NCBI GenBank assembly: GCA_003344405.1 | Contig: NOWV01000141.1 | Span: 124,001-188,000, forward strand | Length of the DNA: 64,000 nt | Source of the DNA: Trichoplax sp. H2 | Lineage: Eukaryota | Direction of reading: 5' to 3' | In this document: piece by piece, positions 1 to 12,100 of the stretch | Layout: each line of letters begins with the position of its first letter | Position numbering within the stretch: the stretch's first letter is position 1 | Made by a program: the position numbers and the translations under genes | Notes under the pieces: model-generated | What the model was told of the DNA's origin: nothing | Seen by the model: only the letters and a program-made list of their open reading frames with translations | Database searches by the model: none

Positions 1-338
1 AAATCATCGGCTAGAAATTGCGTTGACAAAGTAAGACAAGAAAGGCTCCTCTTGCCTCTGTAAAATTCCATTTTGTCATTATTGTTGATTTCTACCTATT
101 TATATACGGACTATTGAAAGAAAAATAATGACAACTACAGTAGTAAAATTAAAAATAGAGTTAAGGAATAGCTCATGGTAGCAAATCATCGGCTAGAAAT
201 TGCGTTGACAAAGTAAGACAAAAATGGCTCCTCTTGCCTCCGTAACATTCCATTTTATCATTATTGTTGATTTCTACCTATTTATTTACGGACTATTGAA
301 AGAAAAATAATAACAACTACTGTAGTAAAATTAAAAAT
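1..338. repeat. Tandem duplication, period 182 bp (2 copies, first may be cut by window edge)
   Basis: aaatcatcggctagaaattgcgttgacaaagtaagacaa starts at 1 and 183; ~155 bp nearly identical. Confidence 0.95.
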
Positions 339-404
339 GGGGTTTTAGCCTGATGAAACTGACTATAGTGATATCATTTTCTACAGTCAGTTCGATTGCA
401 GTAA

Positions 405-1465
405 ATAGAAAGCAGTTAGTCGATGATGGCTACAACAAAGTCACGTTGGAAGAGAAAATGAGCTCATTATTATTGCAAAATATCCGATCGTAGTCGAGTT
501 CTTTCTTTTCTTGTTCTAGCGGTGAGCTTAGATTCATAACAATGTCTAATTGCAGTATAGTAGTAGATTTTTTGCTCGGATAAAAACAGTTCATCGTTAC
601 CTAATTTTGAATTAGATTATATAGAAAATAGTACGTGCATGACGAGCTATAACGACAGTATAATGGAATAGGTCAGGTTGGAAGAGAAAATTAAATTATT
701 ACTATTGCAATATATCCGATCGTAATTGAGTTCTTTCTTCTCTTGTTCTGTCGATGAGCTCAGCTTAATCACAATGACCAATTGCAGTAGTAGAATGTTT
801 GTTGTGATGAAAATAGTTCATGGCTGTCTGATCGGTAGAGCATCTAAATTTGAATTAGATTATACTCGTATATAGCAAACAGTATTTCGATGATGAGCCA
901 CCACTTATAATGTAACAAGACAGGTTGGAAGAGAAAATTAAATCGTTTCTGTTCTGAAATATCCGATCGCAATTGAGTTCTTTCTTCTCTTGTTCTATCG
1001 ATGAGCTCAGGTTAATAATATTGACAAATTGCAGTATATGCTGTCGTAGAATTTTTTTTGTGATGAAAATAGTTCATCGTTACCTGATCGGCACAGCATC
1101 TCATTTCGAATTAGATTATGTCGAAAATGGTATGTCGATGATGAGCTGCAACTACAGTACAACGTAACAAGTCATATCGGAAAAAAATTAAATTATTGCT
1201 CTTACAAAAATATCCGATCATAGTCTTGTTCTTTCTTCTCTTGTTCTGTCGATGAGCTCTGATCCATTACAAATTGCAAAATCGAACTTCTTGTTCCGTT
1301 GAAAACAATTTGTAGTTTTCTATTTTTGAATTAGATTATATAGCAACGCAGTTATCTATCGATGATGGCTATGTTGTACAAGAAAATTAGATTATTTACT
1401 GTTACAAAATGTCCGATCATAGTCAAGTTCTTTCTTCTCCTGATAATTAGCTCAGGTTAATAACG
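405..1465. repeat. Degenerate tandem repeat, ~200-250 bp unit, ~5 copies
   Basis: Motif atatccgatc..gagttctttcttctcttgttct recurs at ~480, 712, 960, 1210, 1410, and tttgaattagattat at ~607, 849, 1106, 1326. Confidence 0.85.
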
Positions 1466-1534
1466 TGATGAACCTTTTCTAAACATGAATCTCATTTTTT
1501 CCAGGGGAGACTCAGCAATTCATAAATAATCCAC

Positions 1535-4500
1535 ATGGATGATAGCGATCAAGTTCAAGAGCAAGGCTCCGTTTTCTGCTGCTGTTTTACTCTATCCAAT
1601 AAGGTAACTTTGATAAGCACCTTGAAGTATGACTACTGAGCTAGAAGAGAATACTGTAGGATATTTTTCTGCCTTTATTGATTGATTTAATGAATACGCC
1701 ATTGAAATACTCGTATGCTGACCTTTGTGCAGTATGCTATGGCTATAGGATATCATTTCCTTGCAGGCCAGATACTTTATGGATGCCAACAGCAGATTGT
1801 GCCATGATGGCGCTATCGTAATAAAAGAATGAAATTTAATCATGACATGTCGTGATTACCCTTCCATAGGGCAAGCACATTGCTCTGCCTATGGCGCAGT
1901 AGAGTAATCTCTTTGCAGTACAGGCTTAAGTCAATAATTAAATAATTATTTAAGAGTATATAATTAATCGATGTTATTGATATCAGCAAATTCCTCCTTA
2001 AGTACTTTGGCAGATTGCTATCGAAAAGTAATTGACAAGTGTATTATCGTACTTTATGCTATACGAGCAAGTTAATACCTTGGCTAGCAAATGATTCTGT
2101 TTAATTAAACGTGAGATTAAATGATAGAACTTACTGTTGTTTCGTCGAAAAAGAATGATTTTGCTAAAGGCCACCGTTTATTAATTGTCAAAAGAGAGCG
2201 ATTGCAAATTGATATCACGTCAAAATGGGCACTTCCAGAGAGTTCATCAAATATAAGACTTACAACAGTAGGAAAAATTTTGTGATGTAGTACTACTGTA
2301 AATTGTACTAAGATTGCCTGCTGCAATAGGAAGAATTCTCGAATGTTGTCAATAGTTGTTCATTGAATAAGACCTGCTACAGTAGAAAGAATTCTCTTGC
2401 TAGAAGCCGTAATTCTACATTTTACCAAGATAGCAAATTGTAATGCGCTATCTACAGCACGTCGATAAATCGTTCCAAGCTACTGCAGAAAATGATTAAT
2501 CATTCCCCTCTACGCCGCAGCCTTCAAACTCAATACTTTACTTACAGTAGAATAGGTAATGCTTATAATAATGGGTTGCTTTAAATTCATTGGTATATTC
2601 TTTGGGAAAGTGATTTCATAACAATTTTTTGCCATTCTCAGTAGAACATAGCAATGCTCATATTTTATTCTTTTCGATCAATACTGTACTGAGAATGGAC
2701 TACTGTAACTCTGATATTATTAGGTTGTGCATCAAACTTTCTGCCATTAATACTGCATTATCATACAACGTATTCTAAAATTCAATCAATTCTTCTTCTT
2801 AAACTCGTTACAAAATACTACAGCTAAACGATATATTCAGAGACCAGTAAAAGAGAGCACTATTTACTTTGAGCAACACGTATAAGTCGATCTTTTAGAC
2901 TTTCTACTAATTTAGAATGCTTGTAGCTCTTCGTTCAGATAGGATCAAGGAAATGTCCTCCATCAAAGTCTTTGATTTCAGTCATCCGCACAAAATCTAA
3001 CCTTATCTTACTTGAGCCTGATGTTGAAAATCTTGGCATTACTACAGTATTGATAATTAATGTAAACTACTTTCAAGAGATTAGTGATATAATGTAGCTT
3101 AACGTAGATCAAAGTGAGTATCATCAGCGAACATGACTTGAAATGGACTAATAGTTTAGAGATTTGATCATCGATTCCTTAAGCCTGTTCTGTGCACTCG
3201 TAAATTGCATTCTGGTTGGAAGCAGTTTGAGCCCATGAAATTGTTGAATTATACACAATAGCTCACTGAATCTGCCTTATCCTAGTCTTGGATCATTTCA
3301 TTTAATCAGCGTACCTTATCTTAATCTTAGATTTCTAGAAAGAACAGTTGCAGTAGTCATAAAGGTGGAAAAGTTCTTGTGTACAGCCTATTCTGCGTGT
3401 TGTTCAATAGCAATCTGATCAAAAGCAATTTGGGCACGATTTTACTGAATCATAGACAGGGTCTTATTTAATCTACCTTATCCTTCTACAGTATTAACTT
3501 GACGATCAATCCATTTATATTATAGAATCCTGAGCAAATTGGTGAAAGAACCAGACTATTGACTGCTCAACCTGTACCCTCCAATCTTCTTGGACAAAAT
3601 GAAAATAATCAGGAAAAGAATGATCCCGCTACGTTAGAAAATACCTCTCCGGAAAATCCATCTCTATCAACTCATCATAGCAGAACTAGCGATGAATCAG
3701 TCACCACTGCTTCTTCTAGAAGTTCATCTCTATCTCAGATCTCAGATCGTCTAGATGGTCAGATCGAGACTAGAGAAGAAATAAATAACGTTAGCCTGTT
3801 TAAGGTTAGTAAGAATTTCATCTTCAACGAAAAGATGGGAAATACAACGGTCGAGATTTGCCTGCGAGTATTTCCTATCGTATTCTCCTATTATATAGAG
3901 CCAGTGTTTGTCATTCAAAACTGATTACTCGTTATAATTATGCATGATCTCAATTTGATTTGCAAAACTTCTGACCAATTTGACGTGTATCTTGACATAA
4001 TTATTGAGAAAGATATTGAGTCACTGTGCACTAATTTCAAAAACTCTCTTGAAGCAATTAGATTATATAGTATCAACATATTTACCGTACAGCATCATCT
4101 TAGCTACTCAACTCATAAATAACCGAAAGAATAATCTTTATCTTATCATTTTAAATATCACCATGATGGTATTTAAGGGTAATCGGTTAAACTCTCTTTC
4201 CAGTTGATTCTTGACGCCCTTAAATTACCACAAAATGAAGGCTACTTTGGTAAAACTTGTACTGGTATTGAACATCGTAATCGACGTTATGTATTTAAGC
4301 AATGGAATTATCAGGTTGTAAAGAAGTAACTCAGCTGTTGAAATGCAATTCTAATTACTTATAGCCATGTATTCATACCTGAATTATCCAATAGAGTAAT
4401 AAATAGACCATCGACTTAGAGACATTCATTTGGTTTGTAATAACACAAATTTTTACCGTGCTAATTCTTCAGATTGTTCTTAAAGCGAAGCAACCACTTG

Positions 4501-6465
4501 AAGAAGGTGCAAGGATTTTAGCAGGGTAACCTCATTTATAGATAGATTTACTATTGCTATCAGGCATTTCGAATTAAAATTTAAACATTAAAGATGTTCA
4601 TAACTATTTTTCGTGATTGAAGATTAAAACATAGGAATGTAATCAAGGTGCTAGGATTTTATAAAGAACTGAATGGAGTTTTAGAGGAATGGGGTGTTGA
4701 AAGCTTAAGTGATCGAATGATGGAAACGGTAAATAATAGCTTCTTTATATCGTTCCAGTCGTGCAATAAATTTTATCTACTGAAAGCTTTTCTTCATCTA
4801 GCAATCAATATTAATATATTTAGATGATAGTTGAGGCGAAAGACTATTCGCTAGACTTCTATTGGAATTCATTTTTTTATCTGAACTTATATTTAAATTA
4901 TGCTCTACATTGTACATTATAGGACAACAGTAGGGTATTAGAATGCTTTCAACGCCACAAAATACTTTGTGATGTTGTGGAAGGATTATATTATTTACAC
5001 TCAAAATCAGTAGTTCATAACAATTTAACTGGGTAAATATTGAAAAATAGCATAACAGTTACTTGTACCTTACACCGATTAACTCTCTTCGCCTTCTTTT
5101 CTAGCAATAATATAATTATAACTAAGGATGGGACAGCTAAAGTAGCTCATGGTGGCTATTACACAGTCTTTCCTAAAGCAAAGTCCAGTATCAATTTGGA
5201 TAGTTTTAAAAATTTTCGTCATAAACTTGGTTACTACAGTTCTAGGGCATTAGGAGGAATACCTGAAATACCCAATGATATTTTCAGTTTAGGAGCTGTA
5301 AGTCATACAGAATTCTTTAAATTTACTATTTTGGATTGTGTGCTAGAAAAGGTATCGCAAAATGGTACTTGTCAATATGGTGACAAAGGAGAATATGTGT
5401 TGTAACAAATATTGATAGCTGTCAATTTTCGTCTTGAAGGTTATTCTATTACTTGTGACTGGCAAGGAACCATATGGTGAAAACGATGAATACGTATTTG
5501 CTGTAAGTTGCTCTCCAAACCGAACAGATTTACTTCTGTAATCTAGATAGATCGAATATCGTATACTAAGCTTCAGACAACGTTGTCTAGATTATATTGG
5601 TAAATAATTCTTCAAAGCATTCTGGAATTGAAATTGTCAATTAGTTAATGATATTGCTTCATACTTTGCCTTGTTACTCTTTATTCTTACCCTTACGCCT
5701 TTAAATTTCTGTCATTTCACTTGCTAATGAACTGACATAAACTAAATTAATTTTATGGTGCGAAATTATACGATTTAAATATACCTCGCAGTTTACTAAT
5801 AACTCACAGCTGAACCATTGCTCTTTCCATGTGCATACTGTATTGATAATAGCACAGTTGTAAAATTTAGTTTACTTTAGTCAAACCAATGATTATGATT
5901 ACATTCGTATACAGACCAGTAGATTATACTTTAATGCAACGTCATTGAATGATACACTGATTAATTATAATTGATTGTATAGAAATTTTTACTTGAGGAT
6001 ACGTCGAAATGGCATAAATTAAAAGATGAAAGAATAGTATGGGTAAAGAGACGATCTCAGTTTTCTAGTAAGACATTCAGGAAGGCCTTGCTTAAAATTG
6101 CTAAAGATTGCATGAAAGAGAAAACTAACGATAGACCGACCTTAAATAAGGTTTGACATGCTATAGAATTTTAAAATGTACAGTTTTATTATACCCGATT
6201 TAATTCCGCGTAATTGCCATTGCAGTCTTTAATAGCTATTTTGATAATACAAGTATTAGCTCTGCTGATGTTGATTATAAGTATCGTAGGAGCTTTGTTA
6301 TCTTATGACATGCTACTTTGTAACCATCTTGAATAGATTAAAGGCAAGCTAGAGCGCTATAAGACAGCGTATTTTACCTTTGATTATAATATTCCAAATG
6401 AACACATAGAAAGCGGCGAAGATAATAAAGATGAAGAGAGTGATACATCGTCTTGTACTTTTTAA
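1535..6465 (+). CDS. PK1: Pelle/IRAK-like pseudokinase, ~426 aa, N-terminal Cys-Cys-Cys, no death domain
   Basis: Phase-consistent GT-AG exons 1535-1603, 3526-3804, 4204-4314, 4473-4525, 4623-4728, 4923-5032, 5105-5297, 5440-5502, 5983-6150, 6337-6465. Motifs: EGYFGKT, YVFK, LKHRNV, EGLYYLH, VHNNLTGNN (HRD site), KVAHGG (DFG site), DIFSLG, CMKE..DRP. Exon 1 (MDDSDQVQEQGSVFCCCFTLSNK) is supported by homology to PK2 exon 1. Confidence 0.88.
1629..1965 (+). pseudogene. Possible decayed diadenylate cyclase (DAC/DisA_N)-like relic inside PK1 intron 1
   Basis: One frame with ~6 stops reads ...ARYFMDANSRLCHDGAIVIKE*NLIMTCRDYPSIGQAHCSAYGAVE*SLCSTGLSQ*LNNYLRVYN. This echoes the DAC motifs HDGAxxI, GxRHRxAxG and SEE in the correct order, but may be chance. 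Confidence 0.3.
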
Positions 6466-6925
6466 AAATTTAAATGTTATATGAAAATATTGGACCTGAT
6501 ATACTTATACAAAACCTTTCATATGTCCTTGAAAATGGACAACATTGAATTTATAGAATAGATACATAAAGTAAACTCCAAAACAATTGTTTTAAGTAAT
6601 GTTATCTAATAGCTCTATTGGCATCCTTTCAAGTGAAATCTAAACAACAGTATGCTATCCAATTCACGATTCAGTAAATATTTCGTTCTTTGTTCCTTCG
6701 ATTACGCTATTTGTGCCTTCATGGTAAAAAGAAGTCTTTTGATCTTGGCACGATAAATTCTATAAAGTTATACAATGTACACAGCACATTTCCTGGAAAA
6801 CTGCGCTGGCTACAGAATATTTATCTGCGATACATGAAGTAACAATACCGTTGGATAATTTTTTTCATCTTTAGCACCCGCATTGTTAAGGTCTGATTTT
6901 TGATTAGCAGGCATTTGTTGCATAC

Positions 6926-8309
6926 GTATTCATATGTTATAGGTAATGGTAATGTTTCAAGTATGCATTCTTTGCCATAATGCAGGTGCTGATATAAAAT
7001 TATACTATTTAAACAACATCCTGATATTATCCATTTCGTTAATACTTGTAGAAGATTGTAAAAAATGCTACATGTAGCAGAAAGCTGGCTAAATTTTTGG
7101 AGCCTAATATAAAGCCAGCTTTCTATCTCTATGCATATAATTTCAAAAAATCAGAATTTCTACGTATTCTTCCTTATTGATAGCTCCAGAATAGTCCATT
7201 TACGAAGAAATGGTATTGCTATATCAGAAGCTGATCGTTTTGAGTACCGCTTGTATTTTTTAAATGGATAGCGTGTAACTTTGATCTCAAATGTAATATC
7301 TATATTCGCAGTTCTATCTATCTATCCTTTGTTTGCCATTTCTAGGAATAAAAGTTATTATAACAAAAAATTTCATGTATTCATCAGTATGCTGCCTACA
7401 TATTTAACTTTTCTGTTTTAATAATTTTCGAAGTAATACCGGAGCCATAGCAGTGCTGCACAATTTGAGCCTATTAATTACGATCTCCATCATGGATGAC
7501 AATATTACGAAAGGAATTATTAAAAAGGATAGTTAGGACCTAAGTTTAGTCTTCAATCAGGGCATTTTATTTCATTCTGATGATATATTTCTTTAACATC
7601 AAGCGAAATTTCCAGAATATTTCTAGTCTAGCACTGATATTCATTATTCTTTCTGTGTAATTAAATGTGGATATGAATCATTGCAATGCAGTTTTATGTC
7701 TAGTATGAGCTTGATCGAGGCAGAAAGATGATACAACGTAGCTATATGAGTGTAAATAGATCCAGCGAAAGGACCACTGTCAGTTAACTCACCCTCAATT
7801 AGAAGTTATCCTGAAATATTAATTTTTATATTAAATCTATAGAGTATCACAATTATCATAATCATGTTAAAAAAATCACCACACCAGATCAACTTTTCCT
7901 GTGATAAATTTGCATAACCATACACTTATGTCTCCATTCTTGTCATTGCTAGCTTGATTACCTACCTAAGAATCTAATTTTCAATTTAATAACTTTATTC
8001 TGATCCATATGTTCTTTTCAGCAAGATTACCTGTAAAACTATTTACAATAATGATGAGCAAATTATAGCTGAAGGTACTATTGAGTAAGCGATGAAACTC
8101 GCAGTATGCCTCTACTTCACATTTCCGTCCTAAATCGACAACCTTGTGATTTACTAAAGAATTTTATTTACTTTTAAAATAATATATCAACAAAACAGGT
8201 TTTCTATCCATTTCTTATAGGCATTTTGTCAGCCATGATGTCATCTTTAAGATGTAATTCGTTGATGGATTGTCCAGTTACGATAAATCAATGAAGGCCA
8301 AATATTTCA
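6926..8309 (-). pseudogene. Probable multi-exon pseudogene of unknown family
   Basis: AG/GT-bounded segments, several phase-compatible, e.g. *LLIEGELTDSGPFAGSIYTHIAT|KNNEYQC*TRNILEISLDVKEIYHQNEIKCPD*; AQIVQHCYGSGITSKIIKTEK|NGKQRIDR[extra GATA frameshift ~7320]TANIDITFEIKVTRYP..KNT|LQKFSQLSATCSIFYNLLQ|HLHYGKECILETLP. Boundaries approximate. Confidence 0.4.
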
Positions 8310-9149
8310 TATTTATCTTAACTAGATATTCAATAGATAGGATACAAAGTATATGAAATAATGAATCAAATGATTGGGCTATCAAATTCAAATTAAATCG
8401 CTAAAATACGGCAAAATATAAGATCGAACATGTGTATGCCCTCGTAGAAATCGCTGTAAATTGTTACTTGAGGTATCAGTTCGTTTTTTATTCACTAGCA
8501 TCAATAAGAAGATGTCTATATCAAAAATATAATAAGGAAACTACTGATAATTAATTGTCGATTATTAGCAATCCATTTTACATTAAATTTATGTGTAACA
8601 AACTTAATTAGCAACCCATTCCATATTTAATTTATAGGTAAACAGGCTTAATGAATGCATAAATCGAAAATACTACAATGACATTTATTCATAACAATTT
8701 TCGATGATTAGCTATCCATTCCATATTTAATTTATACGCAAACGGGCTCGGTGAGTGCATCGAAGTGGTATAATAATTAAACTGTATTCATAAGCATATA
8801 AACAGAAATTAGTCATTTCAACATCCTATTTTGATTAGATCGAGGCTAAATGTATACAGTACTAATGCTATAACAGACAGTGCTCCCTAGAAATCCTAGT
8901 ATTATTGTCAATATATTTACTCGTATTCTTTCTTTTTCTTCTCTTACATTCATTCTTTACTATTATTTTTACGGCGTAAAATAAGTTTATTTTATCTATA
9001 TCCCATTCTCCAGCCTTTACTTTAATTCCGCCTTTTTCATAGTTTTGTAGCGCCATAGCAAGATTGCCAAAATTGATTAAAAGTAAATCAAATTAATACT
9101 ATTTCATATCAGCAGTCAGCTTACCGGATCAACAGAGAAGTCATAAAAT

Positions 9150-12100
9150 ATGGCTAACAACGATCAAGCTAAGACGCAAAACTCCTTTATCAGGACATGT
9201 TGCTGCTTCTATAATGGAGAGAACAAGGTATGCTGGAACCTATCTGAGATTAGAATAATGAATATAGGTGAAATTGTTGGTTAAGGCTGCTTTAGTAAAT
9301 AGCAGTCAAGATGTTTGTACGTGATGTACCAGTAAAGTACTTTTTTAGCTGTATGCACTGTACGCAGATTACTATAATTAAATCGAGAATATCACAGAAA
9401 AAGCAATTAATTATTCATTGGTGATCCGTAGCTCAAGATGATTACTTTGATGCCAATAAATCGTCTATATGTCGGAATAAATTATATTACAGTAAAAGCA
9501 ATTATTAATTCATGCATCGTAGTAGTAAGTCTACAAAGTTAATAGCGGTGAACGTATATTGTCCATATCTGACAATAAATCGTCTTACAGTAAAAAGTAA
9601 TAATTAATTTTGGTATCGCGATAGTAAGTCTACGAGGTTACTAGAAGTTGGATATGTGATATGACAAAGAATTGAATTGCTCCTTTTATACATTGATAGA
9701 TCAAATGCTTGCACAGCCATAGGCATAACCATTTTAGACGCTGTAATTTATTATTTTTGCTAGTATTCCAACAAAAAATGCTAAATTTCCATGTCCTATT
9801 GGTTAATTAATCGGTTATACTGCTGTAGAAAATCATCATCTGCTTGGAAGCGTATATTCGTATTGTTATCCTACTTATGATAACCCATTCTCTCTACGAA
9901 TGCAAAATCACGGTAGACCGTCCCGGGCTTCTCTAAATGTCTTAATATCATTAGTGGTAGATACCTTGAGAGTTATTTCTACTTTTTGATCTTGAACGTT
10001 AAATATGCCGATAACTTATTTATATATTCTCAGTCACCACTGCCCTTGATTTCCAATACACGTATATAGATATAAAGCCATACCTACAGCTGGATGCTGT
10101 CGGGTAGAAATAGGGCTAAGAGAGAAACTAACAATCCTTAAATAGAACCATTTTGTACTTTACTCTATGTATATTTGTCACGGTACGAATTACCGTGAAG
10201 AAATAGCCATCTAAATTTGGTTAATATAATATAGTGATAATATATTACAACTAGTTACTTACAGTAGGAATTACTCTAATTATAAATGTGTTACAATAAA
10301 TCTAATGCTGTGCTGTAATGTGTACTGATATGATTCTGTGAATGAACATATTGTAGCCTGACTGTGAAAAATTAGTAAGTAGATGTTCTCACCTAAGTAT
10401 TTTTATAAGATGACTCGTGAATGTTAGCTGCTGTAGAAGGGTATATAAGCCCATCAGATAGTTGAAATAAAGCAGTTCTCAATTGTATAGTTGTTTTAAC
10501 GTAGAAGCAAAGGCGTCTAAATTCTTGTGAGGTAGTTAAGGGATACTGAATCCCGGAGACTATAGTAATTTGGAGATTTGTTTTACGTTATCCTTGTCAC
10601 GAAGCTGGTTTGTGAAAATATTATACCTGTATGCAAGGTTGAAAGNNNNNNNNNNNNNNNNNNNNTATAGTGATAATATATTACAACTAGTTACTTACAG
10701 TAGGAATTACTCTAATTATAAATGTGTTACAGTAAATCTAATGCTGTGCTGTAATGTGTACTGAAATGATTCTGTGAATGGACATATTGTAGTCTGACTG
10801 TAAAAAATTAGTTAGTAGATGTTCTCACCTAAGTATTTTAATTGTATAGTTGTTTTAAGGTAGAAGCAAAGGCGTCTAAGTTCTTGTGAGGTAGTTAAGG
10901 GATACTGAATCCCGGAGACTATAGTAATTTGGAGATTTGTTTTACGTTATCCTTGTCACGAAGCTGGTTTGTGACAATATTATACCTGTATGCAAGGTTG
11001 AAAGGTACAAAGCCACAGGAATAGAAAGTGATGGTATAGAATTAACCCTATCACAGTAAAATGAATCATCATGTTGCATGAATAATTCTATAACTTCCTG
11101 TTACATAGAATATACCTAACTACTATTCACTAGTTTACTGAGAATCGCAGCATCTTATGCTCTCTAATTGATCAATCGCGTAATGTTAGAAAATAAAAAT
11201 CTCCTCGATAATAGAAGCAACGCTCTGATACGTATGATGATAACTTGAAATTCGTATTTCTGGTTTGATAAACCATACTATGCAACACATAATAACGATA
11301 TGTATCACAGTAAATTAATTCGAGCAGGTTAGTCTCTTAAGATCTCTTAGGCAGACGATCATATTTATATCATGCTTACAGGATAAATTAGTCAGTTATA
11401 CTGAAGGTTGGGGTAGAAAATTCCACCCTCAGTCAAAATTTCTGCTGCTAAACACTAAAGGTAAATCAGATGAGCACAAAAACCAGCAAAATTAACACTA
11501 TAGTAAGATTGATTGAATAGACCACTGTATAGCCTGATCCACTAAGATGGATTACATCGAATCTATCAGGATATAACAATTCTTTTCAGCTGGGAACTAC
11601 TGTAGTTTTGCCTATTGGATGAAATGGCCAAGGCAATTTGCAACTCATATAACATGTACATGAATTTTTAAGACATATCTTCCATAGCATACTAGGTCTA
11701 TTTTGTCATTTTATTAAAATCAATTAATAGGGAGATAATGGAAACCGCAAAAACTACGACAACGAGGGAAGCTATTATCGAACTGATGTAGACCATGAGA
11801 AATCTCTATATCAAAATAAATGTGTAGTAAAATCCATCACCAACTCTTTCGCTTATTGTTCATGGCCGTCTATAAACGAAGATCCTCTAGTGGATCAAGA
11901 TTCCAGTGAAGGTGCAAGCGACTTTGTTGAGTCTGGTCTTTATCAGGTTAGCATTGATACTATCATCGATGAAATTAAGAATGAAATGTAAAATGTCTTT
12001 AATGTAACTTGTAAATATAATTTACTTGATAAACCCAATCCTTAACCGGCTTGGTTTCTTACGAAATAACTTTATTGAATTTACAGATATAGAATGAACG

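Noticed and set aside
6451-6465. PK1 C-terminus SCTF as a CaaX box
   Set aside because: Cys is third from the end, not fourth.
6940-7070. Death-domain-like or F-box-like wording on the minus strand (LLQVLTKW..GKECILETL; LSATCSIF)
   Set aside because: Only short fragments, wrong spacing, and the rest of either domain is missing.
10570-10764. 64-aa ORF in the track
   Set aside because: Spans the N gap and the duplicated LTR-like sequence; artefact.
11470-11502. Alternative PK2 first exon MSTKTSKINTI
   Set aside because: Phase fits, but 9150-9227 is homologous to PK1 exon 1 (CCCF, NK|GT) and is much better supported.
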